Source of the DNA: Tubiluchus corallicola
Taxonomy: Eukaryota > Animalia > Priapulida
Assembly (NCBI GenBank): GCA_030141605.1
Contig: JAQGDQ010000553.1
Coordinates: 62,001 to 126,000 of the forward strand
DNA: 64,000 bases
Reading direction: 5' to 3'
This document shows positions 47,602 to 62,600 of the stretch, in pieces; the first letter of the stretch is position 1, and the number at the start of each line of letters is the position of its first letter. A program made the translations under genes and the position numbers. Under the pieces are notes generated by a model. The model was not told the DNA's origin. It did no database searches and was given only the letters and a program-made list of their open reading frames with translations.

Positions 47602-50600
47602 TATAATTGCTCGTGCTTTAATTCATACACGTTGAGTTAGTTTAGTAAGTTGAACAGAAAAAAAAACAACACTATTTACATGTATATACACATATTTGAT
47701 TTTTACACAATACTTAAATAGTGGCTAAGTAACTTATGGTTGTTTTCATTTGCTTATTATTTAGGTCTATTTCATTACTCATATATACCTTCGATCCCAT
47801 ATAAACAGCCTTTGATCATATTAGCATAAACCATATTCTCTTGCTTAAAATTAGCAATATGATGCTCCATAAAAATATGAAAGTTCAGTTTCTTAAACTG
47901 AAAAATATCTGAACTATTCACATTTAGCAAAACACTCAAATGGCTTACATTAAATCCAACAATGCTCCTAGCCAACTATACACAGTTTTACATAGATATT
48001 GTGCCGTTTGATTTGTGGATTCCAAACACCGCTTTGTGAATAACAGATTTCTTACACAAATGTGTCAATTCGGAGGACACAGTCAAATACTAGAATAACT
48101 TTAATGGAAGAAACATCCTAATCATTCTCATTGAAACAGGCTGTTATTTTGCATGTACAGGACTTAAATATAAATTACTGTTTTTATTACTGTCTTCATT
48201 AAATTAATTTGTAATTCGATATTTTACTCAAAATATATGAAGATCGTAAAACAGCAAGCCGCAAAAAGACAGTTTACATGTTACAGCGCTACAACCTGTA
48301 AGGCTATATCATTTTCATTGCATGTTAAAAATTAATGGATTTTAATAAAAGTGAGAAGAAAAAGATTGGCATTTGGCATGGAGAAATAAAAATAGTGAAA
48401 ACACGGAGAAAAGAAAATGAAAGAAGAAAGAAGAGAGAGAGGGGGGAAGAGAGGAAGAGCGAGCAAGTGAAGTGAAGAGTGGGGAAGTGAACAATGGCAA
48501 AAGAGAAACAGAAAAGAGAGAGAAAACGGCAAAAAACAGGGATGGGAGAAAGTCAGTAAGAGACAAGAAAGAGAAATAGAGAGACAGAGACAACAGGAAT
48601 GAGAAAAATGGGATGAGAAATGGAAAAGAGAGGGAAGAAACGGAAAACGAAAAAGAAATGAAAAATGCAGACTGACAGAAACAGAGAAGTCTGAGAGATT
48701 AAAAAAGCTAACGACAACCATGCCTCTTATACTTTAATCCATCTGAGAATAATAAAAACATTTGAAACGCAATACAGCACAACCAACATCGTGAGTGAAT
48801 CAATCGTTTACTTTTTTCCGTTTTTTGCCACTTCTCAAGTTTGTTCAGTAATCATAAACATTTTTATGTCAACAAATCTTGCTTGGAACCTCCAACAGAG
48901 AAGCGGGTAGCTTCCCTTCCACATTCGGCATTCATTAACTTACGGGGAATTTAAACATTGCTGGGGCATAAACAATGGTTTATGCGAACAGTGCTGGCAT
49001 TCATATGTTTTCTCATTTATATATAAATTAACATTTATTCTATTACGTGAATTAGGTCCAACGTTCATACTTTCTGCAAAAAATGTACACATTTACACAT
49101 AGATGGCACTAGTGTCAATTAAGTACTACAGGGATATCTAGATAGGGTGTTACATGTATACAGTGGTATGATGCATTGAACTATTAATTGCAAGAAGTTC
49201 GTTTTTGCCATTGTCAACATTTCTAGTTTGTCAATACAACTCAACAGACAAGAAAATTAATAAAATTTTCCAGCTTCTCATCACGCGATCCCAAACCTAG
49301 GCTTCTCTGTGACGCTTCATGTAAATTTAGACTGACAACAAGATGCCTGATTGTTTCTACAAAGCAGTTCATCAGCACTTGATTCTAAATCATGTGCATA
49401 CTGCACAGCACAGTTTAGTGTAACACAGTGCAATACAGCACCTCAAAACATAGTGCAACACAGTACAGAACTGCGCAGTTCAGCTCAGCAGAATACAGTG
49501 GTACAGTGCAGCACAGAGCAGCTGCAGTGCAGTGCAGTACAGCATAGACAATGCAGTACAGTCCAGTACATGACATTACAGCTCAGGTCGACACAGCACA
49601 GTACTACAGTACAGCACAGAGCAATACAATACAATACAGTACAGTACAGTACAGTACAGTACAGTACAGTCCAGTACAGTACAGTACAGTACAGTACAGT
49701 ACAATACAATACAGTACAGCACAGTGCAGTACAGTTCAGAACAGCACAGCACAGTACAATATAATACAATACAGTGCATTACAGCACAGCACAGAATAGT
49801 ACAGTACATTAAAACAAAGCACTGAAAGCACACCATAAAGCGGAAAGAAGTGCCGCACACTAAAGCAAAGAGAAGAAAATAAAGCTGACCAAAGCAAATT
49901 GAATACTACGATAAAAAAATCGAACAAAGAAATGCATTAAAAACTCAGGTCAAAGTTTATTTAACTATTCAATCATGCTGTCCTGCATATATTCGTTTGT
50001 GAATTCATCTGTTCAGTCACTCATTATCGTAAAACACATCGTTTATTCGTTCTTCTTATATTCGTGAAATCTTTTTTTCGCGCACTCAATGTTCGCTAGT
50101 TTATTTAAGAATAATCACTAATTTCTTCCCTTCAATTATCAAAACAAAAACGAAACAACAGGAAAGTAAACAAAATGACCACACTAACCCCATTTTAGAC
50201 GTTTTAGGGTTAATTACAAAGTTACACCTCTCAAGTTTTCCGTAAAATTAAATTCTAGAAAGTGCAAATTGTTCTGCAGACAGTTCCGCTCTGAAAAAAG
50301 TAACAAGAAGACGTGTGTAGGACTACGCTTTTACAGGTTCACAGTGAGGAGCGTTAGTGAAAGAAGAGAGGTATAAAGGAGTTTTGGTGAAATTAGCAAA
50401 CACTTTATTAATGTTCCAACTAAATCTGCAGTAATTTTGTCACTTAGGGTTCGTCTACACTTGCCACGCACTTTAAGAAGCGTTCACACGAGTCAACATA
50501 TAGGGCATCAAGCAAAGGATAGAAGCAGGCAAAACAAAGTTTAAACAGAGTACTATATAGCAAAACGTAGCTTACTTATTAGGATGATGACACATTAAGA

Positions 50601-53600
50601 CTGACACATGCAGCTTGAATTGACACAACTGCTATTACTGCTATCAGAACTGGCCGGCAAATTTTAGGAAACTTTTAAGCTGGCCTTTACCACTTTTGTC
50701 CAATCAGCTGCAGCTCGAAGAATAAAGCTACTAGTGTTTCCCCGGCCTTTTTAATACATTCGAAAAAATTTTGCTGAAAATGTTTTCAAGATTAAGTACC
50801 TGGCATTCTTGAGTAAGTGACATTAAGAGAAATGTCAACAAAACCTTGTCTTGATGCACTTATCGGTTGATCTTTTAATTAATTGGCCATTAATCTTAAA
50901 CAGAGTAAATCTATAAAAATCTTAATTCATGATTATCGCGCGCCACATCTTTTAATTACATTTCACTTCCTCAGCTCTCGCCTACAGCATACAGTTTGCA
51001 TTCGCCAGTCAAGTGCGGTACAAACTTAATAAATTCATAAAGCCAAGTGTTGCAATAATGTACAGCCTCGTATACATAACCATTCTTTTTTTCCCGCGCC
51101 ATTAGTTCGCTTGCACGGCGAAGAGAAAGGCAACTATGTCGTAAATAATGACGGGAAAAAGCCCGGGAGGTATTTATACGATTACAACTGCACATGTGCT
51201 AAATAATAGCTGAGGAAAGAGTTATTATGTGCGCGCATGCAAGATTCTATTAAATACACATTACACGCTATACGCCTATACGATGTCGAACGTGCAGAAT
51301 CTGCAAGAAATGAAAAAATAATTCATGTTTAGGGTATTGATTATTGTACATTATGTCAGCTATCCGGGTATAGTCGATAAAAGTATACATCTTGTACGCA
51401 ATGTTAATATAGGCCTATACTAGAATAAACGGTATACTAGTACGTGAGAACAGATTTATTTCATTCTTATAAACATTGTACACTATCACAAAGCTTCGCA
51501 AATCCGGGACTCAATATGTCACGTGGATTTAATACTACGTTTAGACTCAAAATTAATCAAAATAAAAAAATTTATCTTATTAGCTAAAATCACTTTACTA
51601 TGAAGGAACTAACATTGGAAATGCTGAATTTAGTTAGCCAGCCTGCAAGGGATGAACTATGGACTGCTACTGAGGAACTCTGTCCACTGAGGAATGCGTC
51701 TGCAATGTTGGCAGAGGGTATCTGGTTCAATTCCAGGCTGCATTAAAAGTTTTTGACATTTCAAATTTGGTAACAAAATTAAATTAATTGTTAGTTTATA
51801 TATATATCACCAATAATAATCTTGATGTTAAAATTATACGGATTTGTTCATTTACACTCTCTATATAGCTCTAACTGGCAAAATAAATTACAGTAAGTTA
51901 ATTCAGACGAGTGGGATCATTCTAGACCCTCGAGTCCTAACCTGTCAATTTTAATGGAGTTTAGTTTTTGTTTGTTGTTGAAAATATTTGTAAATGTCAT
52001 AAGAAAACCGGAAAACCACACAACTAGTTTTAAGTAAGGGCCCTTCTTCCGCTCATAATATATATTACTGTATTTTGCTTTTAAAACTGTGATAGAAAGG
52101 ATGGGGGGGGGGAAGAAGCACGGAAATTCGTGTCATCGGGTCCTTGTGCCATAATTCAAGTGTGTGACAGTAAGATGTTTTTAAAGCTCCCTTGCTCCGT
52201 TAAAATGCTATGAAACCTTTTGGGGCTCTTAAATGTTTAAAAGTTTGGTTATGTCCAACTTGTGCGAATATTGCTCTAAACTGAAACACTTTAATTTACT
52301 TTTCTCGTTCCACAGTTAGCAAATTTAGACCTAACTGCTTTAGCTAACGTTATTTTAGAATAAAATGTTTTCTCAAGGATATTTTATCTTTTGTTTAAAT
52401 GAATCTTGCTCCTAACTGTTACTTCACAACAGAAACGAGTGTACTTAAAGAAATTTCGCAGCGGCACACACTTTGAGGTCAGACATTTGGAACCAAACGA
52501 TTCTTCAAAGAGCGGCAGGTTGCGGCTGGTTGCCAGGAGTAACTTACAAGTGGGGCTGTTCTATTTTGGCACTCTTCCTTGAACAAAAGCCAAGAATGAC
52601 ACTCTTCACGCAACGCCAGAAAGTCACGAACAAGGAGGTGAGTACACAACAGCTCAAAGGCAGATAACCCTGCAAAAGCTCAGCCAAATCACGGCACATA
52701 AATACACTTAAACACGCTAAAATTAGGCTTGCAGAAAATTAGTTTTGCCATTTCGATTAATTTGCCAAACATTTTACTTCCAATTCAATGAGTTTAACGT
52801 TTATTAACATTGCTAACTCGTACATCAAGAGCAGATCTAGCAGAGTGGGGTGGGGGAAGTAAATCTAGCAAAAAAAGGTAGGGTGGGGGAAATGGATACC
52901 TGTTCAACAATCAACATAAGCAGACGTACAAAGAAGCATCCTTGTAAATATTGTGCGGTACTTTTGTTGCTTCTGCACATATAATCACAAAAGAGAAACT
53001 GCAAAGGCCGCGGACAGTTTTAGACGCACATTTAAGCATGAAATGCCATAGTTGAGACATGTTGAGAAACTTTGGGCTTTTCAGTAGAGAGTGTACAAAC
53101 AAGCTAGCCAAGCGTTTTGAAAACAGGAATTTCACACTGATTCAAAAGAGATCCCCTGGCACACAAGTTTGAGACCTAGTTTCCTGCCTGCGCTAAAACT
53201 AATCCCCTTTCTCTGTGCCTCATTTTACCAACAAGCTTCAAAACAGGCTGACTCTGACTATTGCTTGTAATTTTACGAGCGTCATAAAATGTACCAGGTC
53301 ATACTCAAATTCGCGCAGGTTATAGGTCCATCGCCAGATCTTGCATTTTTTACGCAAATCGCCCCACTCCCCCCAATACGGCCAATGGCCACTCAAGGCC
53401 AAATCGTACAACTAATTTATTGACGATAGAATTATATATCTGTAATGTTCTTTTGAATCGAGTGGATAGTAGCTTTCGGGTACGAAATTTTACAGATAAC
53501 AGATGAAGGACAAAACTAAATTTATAAGTAGTACGTACTGTCAACGTTTTATTCATCTGGTTATCACATTGGTTTATTTCTATCATGAAAAACTGTGAGT

Positions 53601-56600
53601 TAACCTGGATTCGAGCCCAGGACTTTGTGGTTTAACAAAGCCACACGCTCTAGCACTTGAGCAATTAACCAGCTACCTAGGTCTGACGACTCACAATGCT
53701 AGCTGTTTCCCGATGCTACTGTGACACCATTAAAAACGAAACAGTTGAACATCAGTCACATCACGTGACTAATTTTCACAAGTGCTTTTAAATGTTCACC
53801 ATAACTCTTGATAGAAATCACTGGAAAGTGAACTTTCAGGCTAAAGCCCTTTAGCAACAACCTCAGCCATAAAAACACTAAAGCAATGCTAAACAAATTT
53901 CACTGTTACTCATCTTTAGACCATAGATGCAAGTTAGCAACGCTAGCCATTTCCTACATATAATGCGCGCGTGATCATCATCAATTTTCTCATTTAAACA
54001 CTTCAAAATAGTTTAGAAAGTTCAGCCAATTGTTGTAACTATTAAACATAAATGGAGTTAGTTCAGTGCTCCATTCCAAAATGAGTTCACCGGTTTTTGG
54101 ACAGCTGACTCATGTTTTTATCCCTTAATTTATTTCACAAGAACTCATACTAAATTCCATAATTTAGAACATTTATTTACTACACTTTAAAGCATAAAAT
54201 TTACATTTAAAACATTAAAGAATTTCAGTCTTACAATAATTTAAAGTCACATTTGCAGTAAAACGTTAGCAGATGAATTTTGCTAAACAACTTAAAGACG
54301 TTGGACTCGCGTAACCATATTAATGCAATTAGCCACCTCCCCCAACAAATTAGACACCTAATCCATACGCTGCATTTAATAAGACAAATACTTCCTAAAG
54401 CTTTGTCACTAATCGCCATAGAGAAATTACACTAGTTGTTTTGCGTAAAGATCGCATACCCGACTGAACATTGTAAAATGTGGACACAGAATAGTTGGAA
54501 CCTAAAATATCTCTAATCTGCTAATAACCAAATAAACACAATAACAGCTAAACACAGTTAAAACGTGTAGCCACTTAACTGTGCAAATCCCTGTTTTAGC
54601 AATGAAAACAATCACTACGTTTACGATGTTGCCAGTACACTGGTGGTCAGTGGTCACTGCCCGGCTTGGATAAGCTCTGCTTACTGTGATTTAAAAAAAC
54701 AGCAAAACGCAAATTATAGAAATTCTAAAGAGCAAAAATGTTAATGCGCAATAATTGCAGGTACATTTACCAAATTACCTGCGAATAAAGATCACGAACT
54801 CAATCAGAGCTGAATGGGCTGCCAATGTGTTCTATATAGTACTTAACTGCAGTAATGATACGCTTAAAGCAGACAGTTATGATTGGTTTTAAATCAACTA
54901 TGACACTGTACATCCGACTCATAAAACTGGACAGGCTTTTGCAGTGGGTGGTATTGCTTATACAGTCATAGTATATGCTGTAACAAAATAAATTCACCTG
55001 AAACCTCGTGTAAAAAAAAACTAAAAATTGACAACAAAAAGACTATCAGATATTTTTCTTAGAAACTATGGTAAACGCACTCATAATGTTAAGTGGAAGT
55101 TATAATAGTTGGACTTGCCTGGATAGCTTTACTTTATGGTAATTGTAAGTCTGGCAAGTTCAATACAAACTGAGCATTTGTTATGGTAATAGGCTAAAAT
55201 TTCACAAACTGTATCTAGTACCATTTACTAATAATTTTGCATTAGCACTACTATCTTATTGCACATCTATAACTGTGGTGTTGTCAATATATTACTAAGT
55301 CCCTATCTGAACTGTAACTTAAACTAATCATTACACACATGAATTGTTTTGTTATGCAAACAAAAGAATTGCCTTCAATCTTCAATTATAAAACTGTAAA
55401 AGGGAGGGATAGAAACGCCCCCGAGAAATGCTGTCACATTGGAACCGTCCCAGTTAAAGTGATCACTTAGAGCAGTAGCTGTCTTCTTAATAGCAAGCTT
55501 GGGGGCAAAAGAGTGGAAAGGAACTTTCTTATATTCACAGCAAGAGCAAAAACTACAGCTTTTTGTACCCTTGTTAACTAACTTGACAAGAAACTAACAG
55601 CTCAGTGTGTTTAGTGTAAGTCCCTTAAAAATGATAATAGACAGGGCAATTAAATTGAACTTGCCTGAATACCCTAAAGAGAACTGGGATCCAATGGTTG
55701 ATCGCGTTCTCTAAGTTTAAACGAAAACAGGATGATTGTTCATATCCTGTTCTATTTTGAAGTACGGTAAAAAATAAACATTTTAAAATCTATAATAATG
55801 CCAAAGCGTTTCTGATAATTAAATAATAGATTACATCACAAATGAACATAATTTTTAACAGCACCAATATTCCACGAGCGTGGTACACGCGTTTACGAAA
55901 GAGAAAATTGAAGAATTCACGCACGAACTCTCGAATGCGTGCACTACGTCACAAGTGAACACCTTTAAACTGAGAGATACAGTAACCTGTTTTTTGCAAA
56001 ACATTACTGAGATGTAGACGTTAGTGCCCATCTAATTAGCGAATGGCGAAATCCATGTAACAGCGAGGAACTAGCTGCGCGAACGTTTCTGTGGTAATAA
56101 TTCATTTCACAAAAAGCATTCTTGAAAATGTGACAGCAGATCGGGGAACATAATATCAAATTATGAGTGGTGCTATATTGCATAATGGAGGCACCTAAGA
56201 TAATTCTAAAAATAGTATGTTCAACTAGGGCAGATAGTTTTGAGCTACAGTTTAAGATTGAGTCCGGTTTTCCTTTAAATAATATGATATCGAAATTTAT
56301 TATCTAGGAATTTATTGTATATGTATTTGCTATAGCACTGTTCACCAGCACTTATAGCATTTCATCACTGCATTTCATGCATCTACTTAATTTAGTTTTA
56401 AACTGTTGACTCCCTGAACGTAGCTGAGACTAATGAGCAAATAACATTTAAAGTATAATTATTATTGTAGCTATAAATAATAATCCTCACTGCACGACAG
56501 ACAATAAATCAGACAACATGAAAATTTAGTTTTTCCACTAAATTTACGTAGCAGTAAAATTTTGTTTTGTAACTGTATGTTCTGTAACACTAATACTGTG

Positions 56601-59600
56601 GGCTAGCAAGTAAAGTGCGTTATTAATACTAACGAATGGCCAACCACAAAAATGCATCTTTCAATTGCGGCAAATTACTGTATTTATATAAGTTATTAAG
56701 CATTTTGCGTAAAATAACGGGAACTTAATTTTCCAAAATACACGAAAGTTTTAAAATTATCAGTTTTAAAGACTACTTTATAGGCTTTGTTGAAAAGTAA
56801 CTGTATTCAGTAAAACCTCTAGTACAGTACCGAACATCAGCAGATTCTGTAAGACTGTATAATAACAGTGTACAGCAACAGCAGCAATAGCAGCAATAGC
56901 AACTTTAGTACAGCAATACCATAGCTACACGTAGTAAGAACAAATTTACAGACTTGAGGCTATTCCAATAAAAAACGACGGTTGACTCTAAAAACCACGT
57001 CTGAGCTTTTTTATTCACCCCAAATAAAGCCAATGGTCACTTACGTTGAGGCTGATGAGAAAATGAAAATATGAATAATTGTCCATAGAAATAAAATTTG
57101 TAAGACTAATTATATAGTATCTGTTGATATTCTTCTTGCATTGAGCGAAATTTTGAGGAAAACAATTTTCAGGTACAGAATTTGGGAGACAAACAGCCCG
57201 AGGAAAGAAACTAGATTTTGTTCTACATCCAAAACTCGTTTTGTACCCCAAGATATGGGTTTCGGTAGTTTCTCCAGTTTTCAGAATGAGATGGCTTGTG
57301 CACGTGTCTGAGCTTAACCAATAAGACGCAAAGTCGTAAAACAGCATCAACTTAGCAAGGAAAAACAGTATAACTGTGACACATCACATTATTCATTACA
57401 CCTGCTCATGAAAAAATCAATCACGAAATGTGTGCCAGCACGAGAATAATGAAAACTCGATCAAAAATGACCCAAGGGGGCCATTAAATGATCACTGTTT
57501 GGTGAGTCTGGAAACAGACCAATCAAAATTCTCATATTTGCATTCGCACAAAACTGACACATGCAAGAGAGAGATAAGTACGCTATATAAAAAAAGATGT
57601 AGATAACAGTTTTGCCAAATCAACATTTAAGGCCGTTTCCCTATTGAACAGTGAAATTGCACAATTGTAAAGAAAAACAATTTTAATTTTGATGATAGTA
57701 CATGTATTCCATTCAAATAAACAACCTAAAGCTCTATATAACGCATGCACATATATCACTTAGTAATAATAAAAATCTTTATTTGCCATAAAAGAATTGC
57801 ACAAAAATATAATAATTCTCAGTGTAGTTGTTTTAAGCACATAATACTGTTGAAGGCAAATGCGTCCAGTGTAAATTAATTAAAAATAACAAATTGCGAG
57901 TATCTGAAAAATACATATGCACGGGGCCTAAAAAATTTCAAGTTCAGCTAAAATGAAATTTTCTGTATCTTGCGCTGCGGTAATGCCAGATAAACAGGAT
58001 AACTGCATGGCTATTGCCACAATCCAGCTGTTGTGGAAAAAACCGTTTAAAAGCACCTACAATCCTACATGCAGCGTGACCATCGAATGACCAGCACGTA
58101 AACTGAAAAGTAGACCATTTTACCACCTCATAAAAACAACACCAATAATCAAGACCCGTGTAATGATTGGGCTAATGCCGATGTTTGTTTTCCCTGAAAC
58201 ACGATTCCCGGTTCTTTTGGGAGATCCCGGATTCTTCCCAACGGCAGCAGAGTTTCGAACTTCCTCTGAACTACTTACGCACGGCGAGATAACAAAGATT
58301 CGCTTTGTCACTAATGATCACCAACCAGCTGCTAGCCGAGTTATATGTTACAGAAAAACTGATATTGACTATGCAGTTTCAGACAGCCTGTGTTTTGAAT
58401 GAGTACGTAGACTAGCAAACACATGGAAGAAAGAGAAATAAGAAGCAGCAGTAGAATTTCATTACATTTATGAATATAACATTGGCTCATAGATTGATTA
58501 AATTCGTACTAGACTCTTATAGATAGGTTACTACCGATTACCGAACAGTAGTCATTAAAAGGTGCCATTACACTGATTATATGTAACAGTGATTAAATTG
58601 AAAAGTTGTGGCTTTAACACTTATAACCTAGATGCAAAAATCATTCTCTATAAGGTGGTACATAACCTTTCGCAAGGGGGTACAAATACAACAGCTAACA
58701 CTATAGAGCAATTTATTACACCAAAATATTGCTGAAACAATTGTGAATCTATTATTCTTTCAATATTTGGTATAAAAGTATCAGGTGTCTTGCACAGTCT
58801 GCGATATTGAAGGATATGATCGGAGGCCTGAAAACTCTGGGATTAAAATTTTTCGAATGACATGGAAATTCACTGTACCTCAATGTCGCCAAACATTGGA
58901 GCTATCTTGAAATCTTGAGGACACAGTGGTTACTTAGATGGTCCAAGAACTAATCAGTATTCGACAAGTTTGACAAACTACAAGATGTGAGACATCTGCA
59001 AGATGTCTTGGAGTACCATGAGTTTTGCAAGTCGCTGCTCCAAAATTTCAGGCCGAACCAGACACCCAACACTTACACACTAAATTCTAGGTAAATTCGC
59101 AACTGTTTCAGCAATAATTTTAACTATTAAAAAGTGTACATTTGTTTAACGAATTGTACGAAAAAAAGATAATATAATACATACACACACACGAGCGCGC
59201 GCACACACATACGCACACACACATGTAATGTTTTGATGTAATAAATTGTTCTGTAATATTGCTCGTTGTTTCTGCATTCCACTTGACAAAGGCTACGTAC
59301 CGTCCTGTATTATCAAAAAACTTTTCATTGCAATTATGATTGAGCACTGAATTTACGAAGAAGTGGCTTTTGGCAAATGCACTGTAGCTACCTCCTTGCG
59401 CCTGTAGCGTGCATAAGAAGACGAATAAAAAGTTGTCAGATGCCTGTTGGTAAGCCTATTTTAAGAGAGTTTGAAACATACCATCACCTCACAACTGAAA
59501 CAGTAATTCTAAGGGATTGTCTATTGTTTACTTTGTTGAAAGTTTGTTGAAAAAAATTTAATTAATAAAAACTCCCACAATTAAAACAATTATTTCCCAC

Positions 59601-62600
59601 CTTGTTTCAATCATGAAATTTTTGTTGTCTTAATGACAAGTTCTCGTTATTAAATTTGCGTCATTGTTGAACACAATTTCGTTAATTTCGATACATTGTT
59701 TCTGTGAGACTAATGGTGAACTAACTACCAATTCAGTGTCACAATTCAGACTCCAGAGGTCAAAATCAATATGAGTTAGCAGATACGCTAACAATGGCTT
59801 CCAATTTTAGAATGGCCTAAATCAATCATTTTCCACGTGTATTGACCATTGACCAGTCTCTTGAATCCTCACCACTCTGACCAGTTGCCATTGTACATAC
59901 CTGCCTCACCTGCACAACGATTGATTATCAGTAGGACGTATAGCCTCCATAGGTAATACCCTATAATCTAGAACAAATGGAGCTCTAGGGAAATCAGGAG
60001 CTGTCTACTTTTACTTGATAATCCGAGACGACATACACTAAAAAACTAAAAGTGCAGTAGCTACTCTTGGTTCAGTAATAATTATGTAGATGGCAATACC
60101 GGCACTGTAAACCGTGTTCATAACTACGCATTATGCATAATGTGTTATGCATAGACATCTACTCATGAAGCCCCTTTAATTAATGTAGGCGGAACAAGTT
60201 ATTAATGATACGTTATCAAGAAGGAGATAACAACTCTTGTAATTGCCGTGGAAAGAAAAACACTTCATGTCTTTCAAGAAAGATTTGAATCAGAGTCTTT
60301 CTGTTTGCACAACAGGAAATCATTTGTCCAAGTGAAGCCAAAAAGGGATTATACAGGCAATTAATGTCCTAGCACGTTCTGAACATTTTTAGGCATTGGG
60401 AATACACAAAATGATAAGATTCCCAGACCAGACAGCAAAAATCAGATAAAAAATATACAACAATGACAAATAAGTACAAATCCAGACAAGCAGGTATGTT
60501 AAAATTCAAACTAAATTTAGGAAACTTTCTGCGACATTAATTAACTTAACTGAAGTCCAGATTAACACTAAACTTGATATTATACAGAAATGATGGATGA
60601 TGACAGAATATAGGAATGGTAACTACGTACAATCGTGCATAATAATCTAGTGAATATGATTTCATTGAACATAATCTTCAGTCTTTTTTTTCAAATGAAA
60701 CCACTAAAGCCTCTAATTACACACTTTTATATTAACTCAGAAGAGACTTATAGATCCCACCTCCTAGAAAGGAGGTCAGAGGAGGTGAAAGGGTCAACAG
60801 TCAAAAAAAGGAAAGTGGCATTCAATCTGAAGGCAGCAATGCAACAGTACAAAAGACACCAACACCATCAAACTCACTTAAATTATATAACTAAATATAT
60901 GTAGTGACTGCTTAAACAAATGCCCTTCATAATTTATGAGAGTTTAGTTGCCCTTCATTCTGTTAAACTTCTGAACTTAATTAATTGCAAGCTACTGCGC
61001 AGGAGAGATTTTAAAGAACATAGGCTGCAAGAACATGAACGTTTTCTGAGCACTGGCAGATCTTTTTGAAATAGACCATCTGCCCACAACATTGGACTTA
61101 AGAAATTCCACCACTGGCTGCTTAGCCAACACAGATAATTCTCAGACAACTCTGGTCCGTCCAAAATGAACGAATAAGTGACATTCAACACCGTACCATG
61201 TGCAGTGGGTTGTCTCAAATACTTCCTGAAGATTGTTTTTTTTCAAGCAGAAGTTATGTAGTCCACTAACTCTCCTTAGACTAGAAAGGCCACTAACATT
61301 ATGCATTTGTAAACTTCCTAAAATTGATCGTAATCAACTTTTGTTGTGCCAGTGATTTTTCTAGTCAATGCTTTATTAGGATCTTTACTCTTACTAGTTA
61401 TATGTTAAACTATTATGATACTGTTATCATGTAATTGTACAACTGCTGTATCCTTGTAATCTTGTTATCATCACCCATCATTTGCATCTGCACTGTATTA
61501 TATGTTGTTTTCTACGTGTACATTGTACCTGTCTACAAATATGTATTGCACCATTCGGTTATGTAATAAATAATACATAAGCATTATTTTTATTACGTCG
61601 TCCGCATTCTTATTTCTAATTTTATTCACATATCATTCAAGTCGCCTGACAAATTAACAAAACAGGAGAAAAGATATTTTAATTTTTAAACGACGCAGAT
61701 TGTGAGTATAAAATACTGGTACAATGTCTACTTACTCTTGGGAATGTATGTAATAGATCGATTATGTTTCACTTCCCTTTAAAAAGTAAAAAGATGCATC
61801 TTTTAAAATGATGCAGAAATGATACAAGGCCCAACATCCAAATGTTCTGATGTCCAAGCAGGGTGAGTTCAATGCCAATTATAGACAAACCTGATGCTTG
61901 AGAAACATCAGGATAAAACATGCTGTGAGAGTCAGACAGAGCTTTCAGCCTTTTAAAATCACAAGCCATGCACCAGCTAGAAGCAAAACTCACACCAGGA
62001 CAAGGACTGTATTTCAGTAATTTTTTTTATGAATCTTAAAACTGGTATATAAAACTAGTTGCACCACATTCTACATACCTATTCTGCTAAACACTAAAAT
62101 ATGCAATAACTCAATAGTTTTCGCTCTATTAGCTCTTCCACTGAACCCTAAATAATTTTTCATTCTGCAGGCTCACATTTTAACCAAGTGGGGCTTATGG
62201 AGCCTGCCTGAAGAGCAGCTCAATTGCCAGCAAGTTTATTAGTTTATGAATGCAGATTTTGTTGATAAAATGTGAAAATGTCCTTGATAAACAGGTAGCA
62301 AAAAGACTTGAACTTCTTTTAACACAATATTTTGTTACTACTTCAACAAGCTGAAACTTAACAAATAAAATTAGGCATTTAACCACACAGGAATTTATTC
62401 AAAATCATGCAATTAATTTCCGGTACAATTCGATCTCTCGTACATCATCGTTATCTGTGACAAAATTTAATCTAAAATACAAATGTAAAATGTTCAATTT
62501 ACATTTCATTATAAATAGTTTTACATTTATAGTTTAGATTTATGTTATCACAGCTGATGATGATCTGTGACGATCGCTAATTAGATTATGACTGTGAATG

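Noticed and set aside
48332-48721. Phe/Ser/Leu-rich minus-strand ORFs resembling membrane proteins
   Set aside because: Artefact of the GA-rich low-complexity tract.
49351-49927. Several ORFs with QYSTV/YCTVL repeats
   Set aside because: They are translations of the (CAGTA)n microsatellite, open in many frames with no splice context.
59700-61580. Possible long, highly decayed LINE in the TBC1D10 intron
   Set aside because: Only hints are visible (a VRP-like codon run and an AATAAATAA tail). I could not recover a convincing RT motif by eye; it needs a tBLASTn or Dfam search.
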